DNA of 64,000 bases. Source: Euryarchaeota archaeon UBA462. Lineage in GTDB: Archaea; Thermoplasmatota; Poseidoniia; Poseidoniales; Thalassarchaeaceae. The translations under genes and the position numbers were made by a program. The notes under the pieces were generated by a model. That model was given only the letters and a program-made list of their open reading frames with translations. It had not been told where the DNA came from and ran no database searches. Shown piece by piece: positions 12,001 through 16,962 of this stretch. Position 1 is the first letter of the stretch; the number at the start of each line of letters is the position of its first letter. The DNA is taken from positions 2,151 through 66,150 of the forward strand of contig DAYD01000008.1 in NCBI GenBank assembly GCA_002506755.1. Reading direction: 5' to 3'.

Positions 12001-12003
12001 CAT
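1..12003 (-). CDS. Giant secreted/cell-surface protein with its C-terminus beyond the left window edge (>=4001 codons): N-terminal signal/anchor, LTD-like domain, ~30 tandem ~119-aa two-cysteine modules
   Basis: It is absent from the supplied ORF track because no stop codon lies inside the window. The ATG is at 12003-12001, with an in-frame stop just upstream at 12025-12027. I hand-translated the reverse-strand frame with codons on 3k+1..3k+3 over 1-3660, 8640-9000 and 10800-12003, plus spot checks (e.g. 6961-7020), and found no stop. None of the listed minus-strand ORFs in 1-12003 is in this frame, which could not happen if the frame contained stops. N-terminus: MQPAVYGNRTKNNAIFMILLMVATPALTLQTG. 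Confidence 0.9.
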   Translation of the reverse strand, partial: MQPAVYGNRTKNNAIFMILLMVATPALTLQTGLLEKDLAPEELENSIRSTSGTTPLPDCSLTDVNVTEVYHDSSSDWIEIHNSGSAECDLGGWHIRDDDTSSGMVLSNGTNITSGGFMLFERGNGDFSFDISYSDSLLISTRNVSTSNAAVVTTLDYYGRDNEGYSTSRDGSWELCNGVWDYNEPDEMTPNATNLCAGEPFMLYVLESDGSWTQDPDTISSGDSTLAWDTSNLDDGQSYYISFSWYTEFRSRGESFTFTADGSYLEFDLNSDPDWTCDVRVDAYIQNSTSGVNIEYYDETINVNCGEEITDLRVNSPYPLSDGHDLSAGSFAGTAGFQGGKDLRTYRTVYTIEFDGEYVAFTDLECPAGDDECWANYNIVVPGYVCDVEFAVYAYVLTPHKWMEVGFDQKDFDGPCDGSTTEDTSVLSLYAIMDDANGGQSWIEVNDENDELNTSNSRLQNFYWDIDQSANGTGVRLYWYFEGDQVMDDHFVYDGQPIYWNASVHVTDCHPNVYAYLYLELPDGGSKHLDYWSESFSTDCEDWGDVNLHLHNMTYTGSSTNNGSNDLIWNLSNLEVGEDYVFEWFTDRSSSYTADGEDSLYGDYYNKTVFTATSNYTHLNWTLETPGEWCDVDVNAYLYADFDETQEWWDEDDANDDKWTSVSSHGFDLDPVCDGTEVVPYNPVSLWHLDQSNNWVEVNETTNLSVGIHQMKWEVSGTNEGQNLKLNTNIEAYLNSSNLYSYYDGTGDFNVMWELPIADWSCHIDFEYDLYFRTHTGNQYRMDHENGDPVIDGPCNDAVDLTDETAPEFSLSIVDTDGSLDDLDEVAELQEGDNTFRWGVEESLNGYEHFITMHLRYNGKIQEIRSENFFGDTTDVSGEWTVNIDEDACDLYLYSEMYVKDYNGWFRSGTLSEHFGYSGSSTNCDYEGSQITFSKLGSDGTWEDDPELLESGVNQLRFNIGSLSLTDNMTYYISTYVQGEGSNSESYSTYFNVGNPSNPSYSNYDGYEGEDIYLNYTVNDWSCTSQAYSHIDYISLSGNWNTYASMPTRYFQNSDCDPAGDLSVSAMLADGWEEELELNNNGWDIPAGSTDLYWNMTDLNIGERYSIYFYAYVDNEYVYSNAGDTWYATSDTHSWHFDLDVEESSCDVWGYGTLSIWNDGSMRNLETVYFYADEPCIPPYDLLFEDGTSSTGWADSTTSTLPEGTVQMMFDLSSIGHGDYEVDYYWHGDKSGGHGWYYDNQFTVNETIEGYYWNMTLDDEDCEIYVDVRVYEISNGNSDRVGGTYRIDLDGPCVLPAVLEIDPEADGTYVSAGSELFSAGTNEMRWNLDNLEVGSDYRVNYYWRAPSTQGNVHFDHDFTHDGSHIDWHLNATIWDCEIYVRVYVYNDSAGGSQIQSWSSYFHPDDCVDGGRAVSQVNRSYGWTDSYSNSNVDNGSNEMRWRMHSLVENQTYQFEWLVFRNDDYTSHHSFEFNSTSSEHTHEFTLDVEEEITCQIRLRYYLYVLTDEGTHIEVHSGSDYLNPNCNYEADFNQFPLLVLDDNDTEDTSDDSWATSDLIENGDHTFRIDLSGLDQDREYNSWGHIRTNFDQESWNWGQFYPADREDYVEVEMTVDEWVCQVEAYLYVGMYLLDGDMTYIKSGTEYTDSPCVNTGDVELEIDSEDVGYDMGLENGSNAMSWNLTDLVANTTYTFEWRVQYNNDYVSYVSETWNTGVNSSALFDWELDVDTSTTCNVRVYYRTFVDITGSGYWAEMDNGNYYESFSCDQYVYPDDHYVSIEFDVNGTWVEDPDTMPYGFDVVQLRFENMSEGANYMLYFSYSGTGFNSNSEHIYFTYDGEPMDIDMPIAPWACSISYNWYIQVYDFRYGTSSSTGYNSWWMGSDSGSLDGPCLTMSYDSSDSPYFNVTDGSGSEISTDYEFSETNNTLHLSAENLQSDFPYYMEARVYFNGYLNIFDQTAWFGNSTVGEALTVEFDVPGFVCEVDVRAYLYVRTSSGNTQLYYEDIQNADGPCDGSGSWGDAQLRIPLYALINGTWVLVDDDTVIPPGQTEMYWDLSSLDTEEEVYFYQGGHSHWSGMVDGNDHPFEWTWTVSEFQCDLYIYSRIEFRAGSDWTGSHSTGSNYIHPETDCLDGGDITLDIQDDEGNWSSYENGEGYDYYLNPGTTNMSWNLTGLLEGYEYEFYWYLSGNYCCDYTYEYFTADSTGVGSFDFEITIDRYECNIYWYAYLRPMSEYSGSYHNTESFSFHPQEPCNPPFDLVTTDDEGNLTVNALESGFALLPGDNHLFMDFGNMDNGTQYEVDYYFSDSDGGNGWYYDLIVDVDLSDDVPDGIHFNMTMDSFDCDAYLQVRVYNLSDGQRSNMFDRSIYLDGPCMKPVSLLVNGTDTEDMDSMDLSLGDNEMTWAFDYLEDGVDYYLQWYYSNDSSWNGWYSEYFTYNGSNDVNWNLHLGIFDCYAYAYAYLYYDGNGSSAGPSDSWHFNAPDCANVWIDMEDESGNYVDSYQIDEGTHNLSWEIYDLPEGYDYAFEWAVYKNGDMQTYDYTTFSDSGNITVDFSVEVEPEVCDLRLESRIFYLVDESSNYWDQISSHTRYFYPSCDNYQSLYPWAILVDSDGDGNYTEVSEWDNVGGNQTIPFAIDVSNLAGSDTEYTLEYRWHTSSDNEYFNSVEVTTDQSVFYFDVPVTQWDCLVEIYVYLRYDSFRGSGYHMISRYNNFETDCQNPGNVSLNMDGIGEVWEDWSNLNNGTNDMSWELEDLTVGGHYTLDWYVRLNNDYVLYEHQTWVATSDDHSISWDFSIDNSTTCNLEVRYRLFVDTDDSDSTNWMNMKDESFYWYPSCNEWVYPDDHYANFEFDVNGTWVEDPDDLPAGETAVQVTFENLSVGATYRMYMYYSSTGFPSQSEYHYFTYDGNLMEFSIPIAPWACSMYFSWDMTLYDFRYPDSNYNSWYLGSEGFYIDGPCESLSYDSSDYPDFSVTDATGSELDEDSQFTAGENTLTISADNLQDGFPYAAEIEVRYDGYLNFFESHMVIVDNFTSHDFDFTFDVPGFVCDVDVYAKLYVKTSTWSNTELNNSYLYDMEGPCDGTDGDARLSTPLYAEIDGNWVIVDDDTLLPAGEINMYYDISWMGDTSYYFSSSGPGHWWSGWVSADDGPIEFSVMLSEFECNPNFYSYMRQESDFSGWHYYDYTYLYPETDCIEDAGTIAVDIEDQDGSWSTYDYGYGYDLMPGTTNMSWNLTGLLEGYEYEFYWYLSGNYCCDYTYEYFTADSTGVESFDFDITIDMYECNVYWYAYLRPMSDYTNNYEQVASFSFHPEEPCYPPFNLFAADDDGNLTVDALDPGFSLEEGVNNLFFDFGHMDNGTEYRLEWYYDDSQGWYGWFYDELTVNTTDDIPDGIEFNMTMDSFDCQAYFYARVINLTDGQWSEMYSRTRYIDGPCNLPLDIDSYDEYGDNGVQVGENNMTFVLDHLDVGSNYTLEYYTSMTSGFYGWYYYDFTFNGTEHVDFSFNVTQWDCHTNSYAVIYNTTDGNNNHIFSRNFHFSNYDECYEVWMDVTDEDGDYVSYNDIDGGTTDLLWVVGYDTWEGEEETPEEHEFELSWYYVIDHDWSNQISDTFTWTQSSQDDDMVIPWEVTVTDFDCYLHVNANLRVNTSDGWLNVRGYGFNLYPPCEEMPGGWYELQIDDGGTWVDYDDGWNHMIGDAGVYDVRFNATMLEEGVTYSMSYSAYVYGHELDSQTVSWNATDENATVDLILAIPHWYCGMELYSSLSFDHEGTLFELVQREYYEEGPCQTVLEDDFSDSFEVQFDLELIDEGDYQLTTHFEWGIGGDAMLWMDAMWGNMDGVLNTSEAADAFSEINGDAYDGSPDEAPPFQLNGDAPSAWSYSDPTLDEAWLGDSSLPMTFSGVWVVEFHDVFGVDLEMTLPIFRDEADLGWLITFVGNDDLTLTSGYLLYENGTSYADLETAPGEYGVQTYLTEGGNFTIGAEWVLADIPNPSITFEQYDNSTGTYGEFTGLV
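2224..2358 (-). repeat. Copy 1 of a 135-bp perfectly duplicated segment (intragenic)
   Basis: Base-for-base identical to 5401-5535 (aaccccagtcgagtcggccgtgaagtactcgtaag...gttcgttgtacctgg). The offset is 3177 bp, which is 1059 codons. Confidence 0.95.
5401..5535 (-). repeat. Copy 2 of the 135-bp perfectly duplicated segment
   Basis: Identical to 2224-2358. Extended to 5378 vs 2201, I see only 2 mismatches in 158 bp. Confidence 0.95.
11550..11830 (-). other. Lamin-tail-domain (LTD)-like domain of the giant protein (approximate bounds)
   Basis: The translated segment LTDVNVTEVYHDSSSDWIEIHNSGSAECDLGGWHIRDDDTSSGMVLSNGTNITSGGFMLFERG fits the LTD pattern as I recall it (acidic-x-[FW]-[IV]-E-[IL]-x-N, then [LV]-x-G-W-x-[IL]-x-D). 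Confidence 0.6.
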
Positions 12004-12154
12004 TGACCCATTGCGGAATCGGACTCAGTTATGATATGATTCTCTATAGTTTGAGATTGAACCTAGTGCTAATTTCTCACTGAATCTTTTAGTGGAAGCA
12101 TAGGTCCCGGTACCTCATTTCCAGTGTATTTGAAGATTGAAATCCTTACTCGAT

Positions 12155-12922
12155 TTAGTAGATCATCGGAACGTCATCGTCATCGTCTGATTCCGGAGGT
12201 GGGAGAGCGGCTGCCTGGGCCCTTTCGAACGCTTCCCTGACTTTCTCTTCGATATTTTTGGCATCCTCGAGTAGACCGCCTATTGGGACGTCGATTCCCG
12301 ATAGCTCGCTGAGTCCCTCGACGGCAATTAGTGCCGCCCTAGCATCCGGGTACATCGGGTTGCACTCGGCTAGAAGTGCAGTGACGTCAAGCCCCCTCCT
12401 CTCACCCTCTGCTATCAGGTATCCTGCTATTCCCGTGACTATTCCCTGTTGGATTCTTTGTATGCTGGAGCTATCGAGCTGTTCTCGGCCTAATGGAGTC
12501 GAAGACACCCCCCATAACTCACTCTCCTCCTTGATTCCTAGGTCGTTGCTTACCACTCCATCTATTACGACGAGCCTTTCGAAGCCTCCTTTCGTGAACC
12601 ATTCAAGCACTGTGTTTGCGAAGTAGACGTCATGCTCACTTGGAAATTGTATTTCCGAGGTGAATACACCTATTGCCTCTCCTTGGTAAACACGAACTGG
12701 GTGTTTGGGCACTGAGTCGTGTATTAAGGCAATTGCAGGGAATTGGGGATGCAATACAGTCCCCATCGGATTCATCTCAAGCGAGCTGATGAGATGCGAG
12801 GTAGCGATGACCCCAACTGAGCCTACTGTCGAGAAGCCACATACTGCTGTCCCCCCCAAGGCGGAAGGGTCGGCCTCGGAATGTAGGACTAGCGGATAGC
12901 CGCCTTGGGTCTCTTCGCTCAT
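12155..12922 (-). CDS. PAC2-family protein (archaeal proteasome-assembly-chaperone homologue, PbaA/PbaB-like)
   Basis: 255-aa ORF. The N-terminal region GGTAVCGFSTVGSVGVIATSHLISSL...PAIALIHDSVPKHPVRVYQGE is typical of PAC2/COG1938 as I recall it. It is a paralogue of the ORF at 20007-20825. The C-terminus is acidic: ESDDDDDVPMIY. Confidence 0.7.
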   Translation of the reverse strand: MSEETQGGYPLVLHSEADPSALGGTAVCGFSTVGSVGVIATSHLISSLEMNPMGTVLHPQFPAIALIHDSVPKHPVRVYQGEAIGVFTSEIQFPSEHDVYFANTVLEWFTKGGFERLVVIDGVVSNDLGIKEESELWGVSSTPLGREQLDSSSIQRIQQGIVTGIAGYLIAEGERRGLDVTALLAECNPMYPDARAALIAVEGLSELSGIDVPIGGLLEDAKNIEEKVREAFERAQAAALPPPESDDDDDVPMIY

Positions 12923-13029
12923 GAGGTTTCGTCATGGTGGCGCTCTTTGAATTTCACTACTGCACAGTACGAATATTATGTTAAGGAAATACGTGGAAAA
13001 ATAACCTGATTAAGTATGAGCAATCTGGA

Positions 13030-13587
13030 GTGCTCATGGCTTCTGATCGGACGAAAGAGCTGGGAGGGTTGTACCTCAGTCTTGGGTCAATGGAGATCAA
13101 TCTCGCTGACTACACCAGAGAAGCGAGTGATAGATGGTTGAAAGTTACACCACAGGACACATGGTCATCCACTCTTTCAAGAGTGAGGATAGCTAGACAA
13201 GAGGCTTTGGAGAGTACAATAGAGGCAATCAGAATTAGTGGCTTCCCAGATCGCGGCTCTTCTTTCGCTAGGCTGCTGAATTCTTGTGAAATAGAAAAAA
13301 AGTCCGACGTAATTCTCGCAGCGATCCAGTACATGAGGTCCGTAGAAAAAGAAGAGATCACAAAGCCAAGTGAGCTTAGAAGGTTGATTGAAGAGACTGG
13401 CAAGTGGACAAAGAGGTCTGTGAAAAAATGGAATATATCCCTTTACATAAAGAGGATGTTAGAAGGAGGGTCAAGTGGAGTTGGTCCGTTCTTAGAATAC
13501 CCGAGACGGAGACCTAGAAAAAACGGGTTCGTGGTACTTACCGAGGCTGGAAGGGACCACCTAGACAAACTCTCCTTGAACAGGTGA
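13030..13587 (+). CDS. Hypothetical protein with a probable C-terminal winged-helix (PadR/MarR-like) DNA-binding domain
   Basis: 185-aa ORF (GTG at 13030; ATG at 13036). The segment ITKPSELRRLIEETGKWTKRSVKKWNISLYIKRMLEGG...GFVVLTEAGRDHL resembles a wHTH recognition helix plus wing. It ends 4 bp before the next gene. Confidence 0.45.
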   Translation: MLMASDRTKELGGLYLSLGSMEINLADYTREASDRWLKVTPQDTWSSTLSRVRIARQEALESTIEAIRISGFPDRGSSFARLLNSCEIEKKSDVILAAIQYMRSVEKEEITKPSELRRLIEETGKWTKRSVKKWNISLYIKRMLEGGSSGVGPFLEYPRRRPRKNGFVVLTEAGRDHLDKLSLNR

Positions 13588-13591
13588 TGAA

Positions 13592-13978
13592 ATGGGAGAC
13601 GGAAGCAAAGACTGGTCTTTTACCTCTCATGTTGGTGAGGACCTTCGAGGTATTGACCTGTCCGGAGCAAATTTACGCAGGGTTGTCCTAGATAGGGCTG
13701 ACTTGGAGGGAGCAGACCTTTCTGGCGCAGATCTTAGGAATGCCTCGATGAGGGGTGTGAACCTGATGAAAGCGGCACTTGATGGAGCTGACCTTAGGGG
13801 CGCAAGGATGGTCAAGGCAAGGCTTGGACTTTCAAACCTCCAGGGGGCTAGACTTGATGGGGCAGACATGAGAGGTATAAGGGGGAAGTATGCTGTGTGG
13901 AGAGAAGCCAACTGGTGGGATGCCATAATGGATGAGAAGCTTACCAAGGCTCTGTCGAAGAAGTGGCCGAAAGAGTAG
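13592..13978 (+). CDS. Pentapeptide-repeat protein
   Basis: Consecutive A(D/N)LxG-type pentapeptides: DLSGANLRRVVLDRADLEGADLSGADLRNASMRGVNLMKAALDGADLRGARMVKARLGLSNLQGARLDGADMRG. Confidence 0.85.
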   Translation: MGDGSKDWSFTSHVGEDLRGIDLSGANLRRVVLDRADLEGADLSGADLRNASMRGVNLMKAALDGADLRGARMVKARLGLSNLQGARLDGADMRGIRGKYAVWREANWWDAIMDEKLTKALSKKWPKE

Positions 13979-13982
13979 TTAT

Positions 13983-14414
13983 TCACAATAGTTTTGCGAG
14001 TCCCTGCCTAATCCATTCTGGAACTGGAATCTTTTTGTCGATCTCTTCCATGTGTGTACAGACCGTTATCTGATCTGCGGTCCAACAGAGGACTCCTGAT
14101 TGGTTTCTGAATTCGTAATGCCAAGAAATTGATGTTTTTCCTATATCCGATACAGTGATGGAGCACCTAACGGTGTCCCCGTAAGAAATCGGATGCATGA
14201 ATTTGGCTTCACTGTGGACTAATGGGAATGCGATTTTCTTCTCGGAGAGAATTTCATTGTAATGCAAACCGCATGAGAACTCCCATGACTCCTCATAGAA
14301 TCTATGGGCTAAATCCCAGAATCTAGGGTAATAGACTATTTTGGCTAGGTCCACCATTGGGAAGTCGACTCTCCTTTCTGAGACAAAAGCCATATTTCTG
14401 CGCATGAACTTCAA
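13983..14414 (-). CDS. Acyl-CoA thioesterase, hotdog fold (4HBT/YbgC-like)
   Basis: 143 aa with a TTG start. The pattern VDLAKIVYYPRFWDLAHRFYEE...FPLVHSEAKFMHPISYGDTV...WHYEF matches YbgC/4HBT-type thioesterases. Confidence 0.7.
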   Translation of the reverse strand: MKFMRRNMAFVSERRVDFPMVDLAKIVYYPRFWDLAHRFYEESWEFSCGLHYNEILSEKKIAFPLVHSEAKFMHPISYGDTVRCSITVSDIGKTSISWHYEFRNQSGVLCWTADQITVCTHMEEIDKKIPVPEWIRQGLAKLL

Positions 14415-14503
14415 CTATTGAACATAACCTGTAGGTTTCAATATTGTAGTCATGGGAATAGTCAACTAACACAAGATTATATGCAAGTCATTCTGATAGG
14501 GAT

Positions 14504-14683
14504 TTGGAGGTTATTGTTTTGGAAGGACTGATTTCTAAATTGGGTCTAGCTGCTAGCGCTATATCGATTGTGGGTTCCTTGTACATCTACTTCGGAATGG
14601 AAGAAGAGATGCTAGGGGTCTTCGTAGGTTTGTGGGCTCCGACGCTAATCCTATTCTCACAAGAAATAGAGAAGCTTGTTTAG
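14504..14683 (+). CDS. Possible small two-helix membrane protein (59 aa, TTG start)
   Basis: Falls below the 60-aa cut-off of the track. Translation: (M)EVIVLEGLISKLGLAASAISIVGSLYIYFGMEEEMLGVFVGLWAPTLILFSQEIEKLV, with two clear hydrophobic helices. It sits in an otherwise empty 362-bp gap, with an in-frame stop at 14459-14461. Confidence 0.3.
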   Translation: MEVIVLEGLISKLGLAASAISIVGSLYIYFGMEEEMLGVFVGLWAPTLILFSQEIEKLV

Positions 14684-14776
14684 TTACATCTTGAGTGGCG
14701 GTTGTTGGAGCTGGCTTTCAGCTCTGTAGCCATAACGTCATTCGGGGCTGACTTGATTCTTAGGTTTAGCCAGTCG

Positions 14777-16390
14777 CTAGCGCATGGAGGGGGCGTACTG
14801 AATGCCACCCTCTGAGACGAGGGCGTTCAGGGTACCAGCGCGTGAGATCAGGCAGTCGTTCATGGCTGCAGATCCGCTGTGACCGTCGTAGTCTCCTGCG
14901 CAGAATGCCTCATCGTATGCCTCACCGTAGTTGCCTGCAGTCGCTAGGACGTCCTCCATCCAAGTTCCTGGTAGTGGGTTATTTGTGGTTCCAAGACCAA
15001 AGTTTTGGGTAAGAAGCCTGCAAAGCCATATGTTGTAATTGGAGTCACCCGAGTTGCATGAGTAGTCTATGGTGCCATAGTTTTCAGAGGTGACACCCAA
15101 CTCCTCGGCGGTGATCATCCCATACCAGACCCATGACACGATTTCGTTCCACTCTGAGTCATAGTCCCTGGTCACGGCCGCCAGCGGCTCCTTGGACATC
15201 TGCTCTGCTCCAATCCAAACCTCACTGTGGGTGTCGGAGTCTGCCCAGTCCTCGTCATTATCCATCTGCCACTTAGTCGCGACCAATGCTGACGTGTCAC
15301 CAGTCCATGCATCGCATTCACCATCCCTGAACTTCTGTTGGGCTTCCCACACGTCATTTACTGCGACAGGGTAGATGGTTATGCCATGGGTTTCGAACCA
15401 ACCAAGCAGGTTGCCTTCTGAAGTGGTCCCTATCCCAACGCAGATGTTGGCATTTTCGAGTTGGTGCAGTGAGCCGTTTCCATATGCAAAGGCATCGCTT
15501 CTGACCATCATACCCTGACCATCGTAAAAATTCACGCCTGCGTAATCTGCATCCAGACTGGCGTCCCTAGTGGCGGTCCATGTCGTGGTCCTGATCAGAA
15601 CGTCGATTGTGCCGGATGCTAGCATCTGAAACCTGTTCGATCCAGAGGCTAGGATGTACTCAACGTCGGTATCTGGGTCCAGTCCGATAGCTGCAGCTAA
15701 CGCACGGCAGTAGGAGATGTCCAGTCCCGAGCGCACGCCAGTGGCCGAGTCTAGGTATCCCATTCCGTACTGGGACTCCTTCACACCACACTTCATCCAC
15801 CCTCTGGAGATTATGGTGTCCAAAGTGCTTGTGGGGTTTCCAGATGAGTCATCGCTTTCCATCTCTGAAATGGTGTTCTGTAATTGCTCTATGGTCGCGT
15901 TTAGCTCTGACGCCAATTCTTGGAGATCCAAGAGGTTCGATGATGAAATCTGATTCGCGGCGTTGAGGGAGGAAACCTCGATCTCCAATTCGGACTTTTC
16001 GTTTTCTAGGGCTGAGACTTGACTTTCCAGAGACGCCTTCGTTGAGTTTAGGATGGATAACTGGGCTAGGATAAGGTCGATTTGGAGATCCTTCGTGGTG
16101 TTCTGCTGGTTTAGTAGGCTAACCTGAGACTTGTAGTCGGAAATCTGTGAGTCAAGGTCTGTGATTTGGGCATGAAGGGTGGTTATATCCGTGTTTAGCT
16201 GAGCTATGGTTGCCTCCATCGAAGCTATGGTTGCATTAAGATTAGCTCGTGTCTCTTCGTCAATCATTGCCTGTTGTTCTAGTTCACTAATTGTCTCCTC
16301 TAGATTGGCTTCATCACCCGTGCATCCTGCAAGGGAGGCGAGGCCCAGAGTCGTTATCATCAAAATTGCGATTGCTCTCTTCATGATCAT
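14777..16390 (-). CDS. Lipobox-anchored amino-acid ABC-transporter substrate-binding protein (AapJ/BztA-like, family 3) with a ~160-aa coiled-coil stalk
   Basis: Signal plus lipobox: MIMKRAIAILMITTLGLASLAGC. Residues ~25-185 show heptad-like Q/L/S/N/E-rich repeats. The C-terminal domain WMKCGVKESQYGMGYLDSATGVRSGLDISYCRALAAAIG...DVLIRTTTWTATRD...YDGQGMMV matches the general L-amino-acid-binding proteins. Confidence 0.8.
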   Translation of the reverse strand: MIMKRAIAILMITTLGLASLAGCTGDEANLEETISELEQQAMIDEETRANLNATIASMEATIAQLNTDITTLHAQITDLDSQISDYKSQVSLLNQQNTTKDLQIDLILAQLSILNSTKASLESQVSALENEKSELEIEVSSLNAANQISSSNLLDLQELASELNATIEQLQNTISEMESDDSSGNPTSTLDTIISRGWMKCGVKESQYGMGYLDSATGVRSGLDISYCRALAAAIGLDPDTDVEYILASGSNRFQMLASGTIDVLIRTTTWTATRDASLDADYAGVNFYDGQGMMVRSDAFAYGNGSLHQLENANICVGIGTTSEGNLLGWFETHGITIYPVAVNDVWEAQQKFRDGECDAWTGDTSALVATKWQMDNDEDWADSDTHSEVWIGAEQMSKEPLAAVTRDYDSEWNEIVSWVWYGMITAEELGVTSENYGTIDYSCNSGDSNYNIWLCRLLTQNFGLGTTNNPLPGTWMEDVLATAGNYGEAYDEAFCAGDYDGHSGSAAMNDCLISRAGTLNALVSEGGIQYAPSMR

Positions 16391-16433
16391 ACATCTGGCA
16401 TCGCACTAATGGAGCTATTCCCGGATTCTTCAT

Positions 16434-16510
16434 TGGCGGACCCACCGCGATTTGAACACGGGTTACGAGCTCCGCAAGCTCATGTGATATCCAGGCTACA
16501 CTATGGGTCC
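16434..16510 (-). tRNA. tRNA-Arg (anticodon GCG), CCA encoded
   Basis: The reverse complement folds as a cloverleaf: GGACCCA TA GTGT AGCCTGGATA TCAC A TGAGC TTGCGGA GCTCG TAAC CCGTG TTCAAAT CGCGG TGGGTCC G CCA. U33 is present and the T-loop is TTCAAAT. Confidence 0.9.
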
Positions 16511-16560
16511 AGTGACTGTTGCAGCCCAAGCTTGGGCTTAATCCCGACGGTGGCCTAATA

Positions 16561-16911
16561 TCACATCGAAAGTGGAAGTAGAGTCTTCCACCTAGGCTCT
16601 GCTAATTTCTTGGCGTTAGGACCAGTCATCGGCATTGGGGTCTTGTGGGTTAGTACTCCGTGCATACCCTCAACGCTGAATTTAACCCTCATTTCTATCA
16701 TTCTGTCACGTTCTGCGACGGAGATCTGCTCAGAGTCAAGTTCGAATGATGCTGCTGCCTCATCCCCCTCATTGGAGATTTGCAAGATGCTACCCTCGAT
16801 GTTGGCTCTTGGGGAGAAATCGTGATCCTGCGGGTCGGACATACTTGCCTCGAGATCTATCACCAAGCGCCCTCTTATCGAGGCCTTCGTTATCTGCATC
16901 GACTTTACCAT
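16561..16911 (-). CDS. Hypothetical protein (116 aa)
   Basis: ATG-started ORF sitting tightly between the PKD lipoprotein gene and tRNA-Arg on the same strand. I recognised no motif. Confidence 0.5.
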   Translation of the reverse strand: MVKSMQITKASIRGRLVIDLEASMSDPQDHDFSPRANIEGSILQISNEGDEAAASFELDSEQISVAERDRMIEMRVKFSVEGMHGVLTHKTPMPMTGPNAKKLAEPRWKTLLPLSM

Positions 16912-16962
16912 GTCAACGGCAGGGTCCTGTAGTTCAAAGGCCTTCGCTCGGGCAATCTGTTT

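Noticed and set aside
16314-16529. A 71-aa minus-strand ORF, and the ORFs at 61979-62278 (+) and 62193-62408 (-).
   Set aside because: Each overlaps a well-folded tRNA gene (Arg-GCG or Arg-CCT) and has no protein features, so they are spurious.
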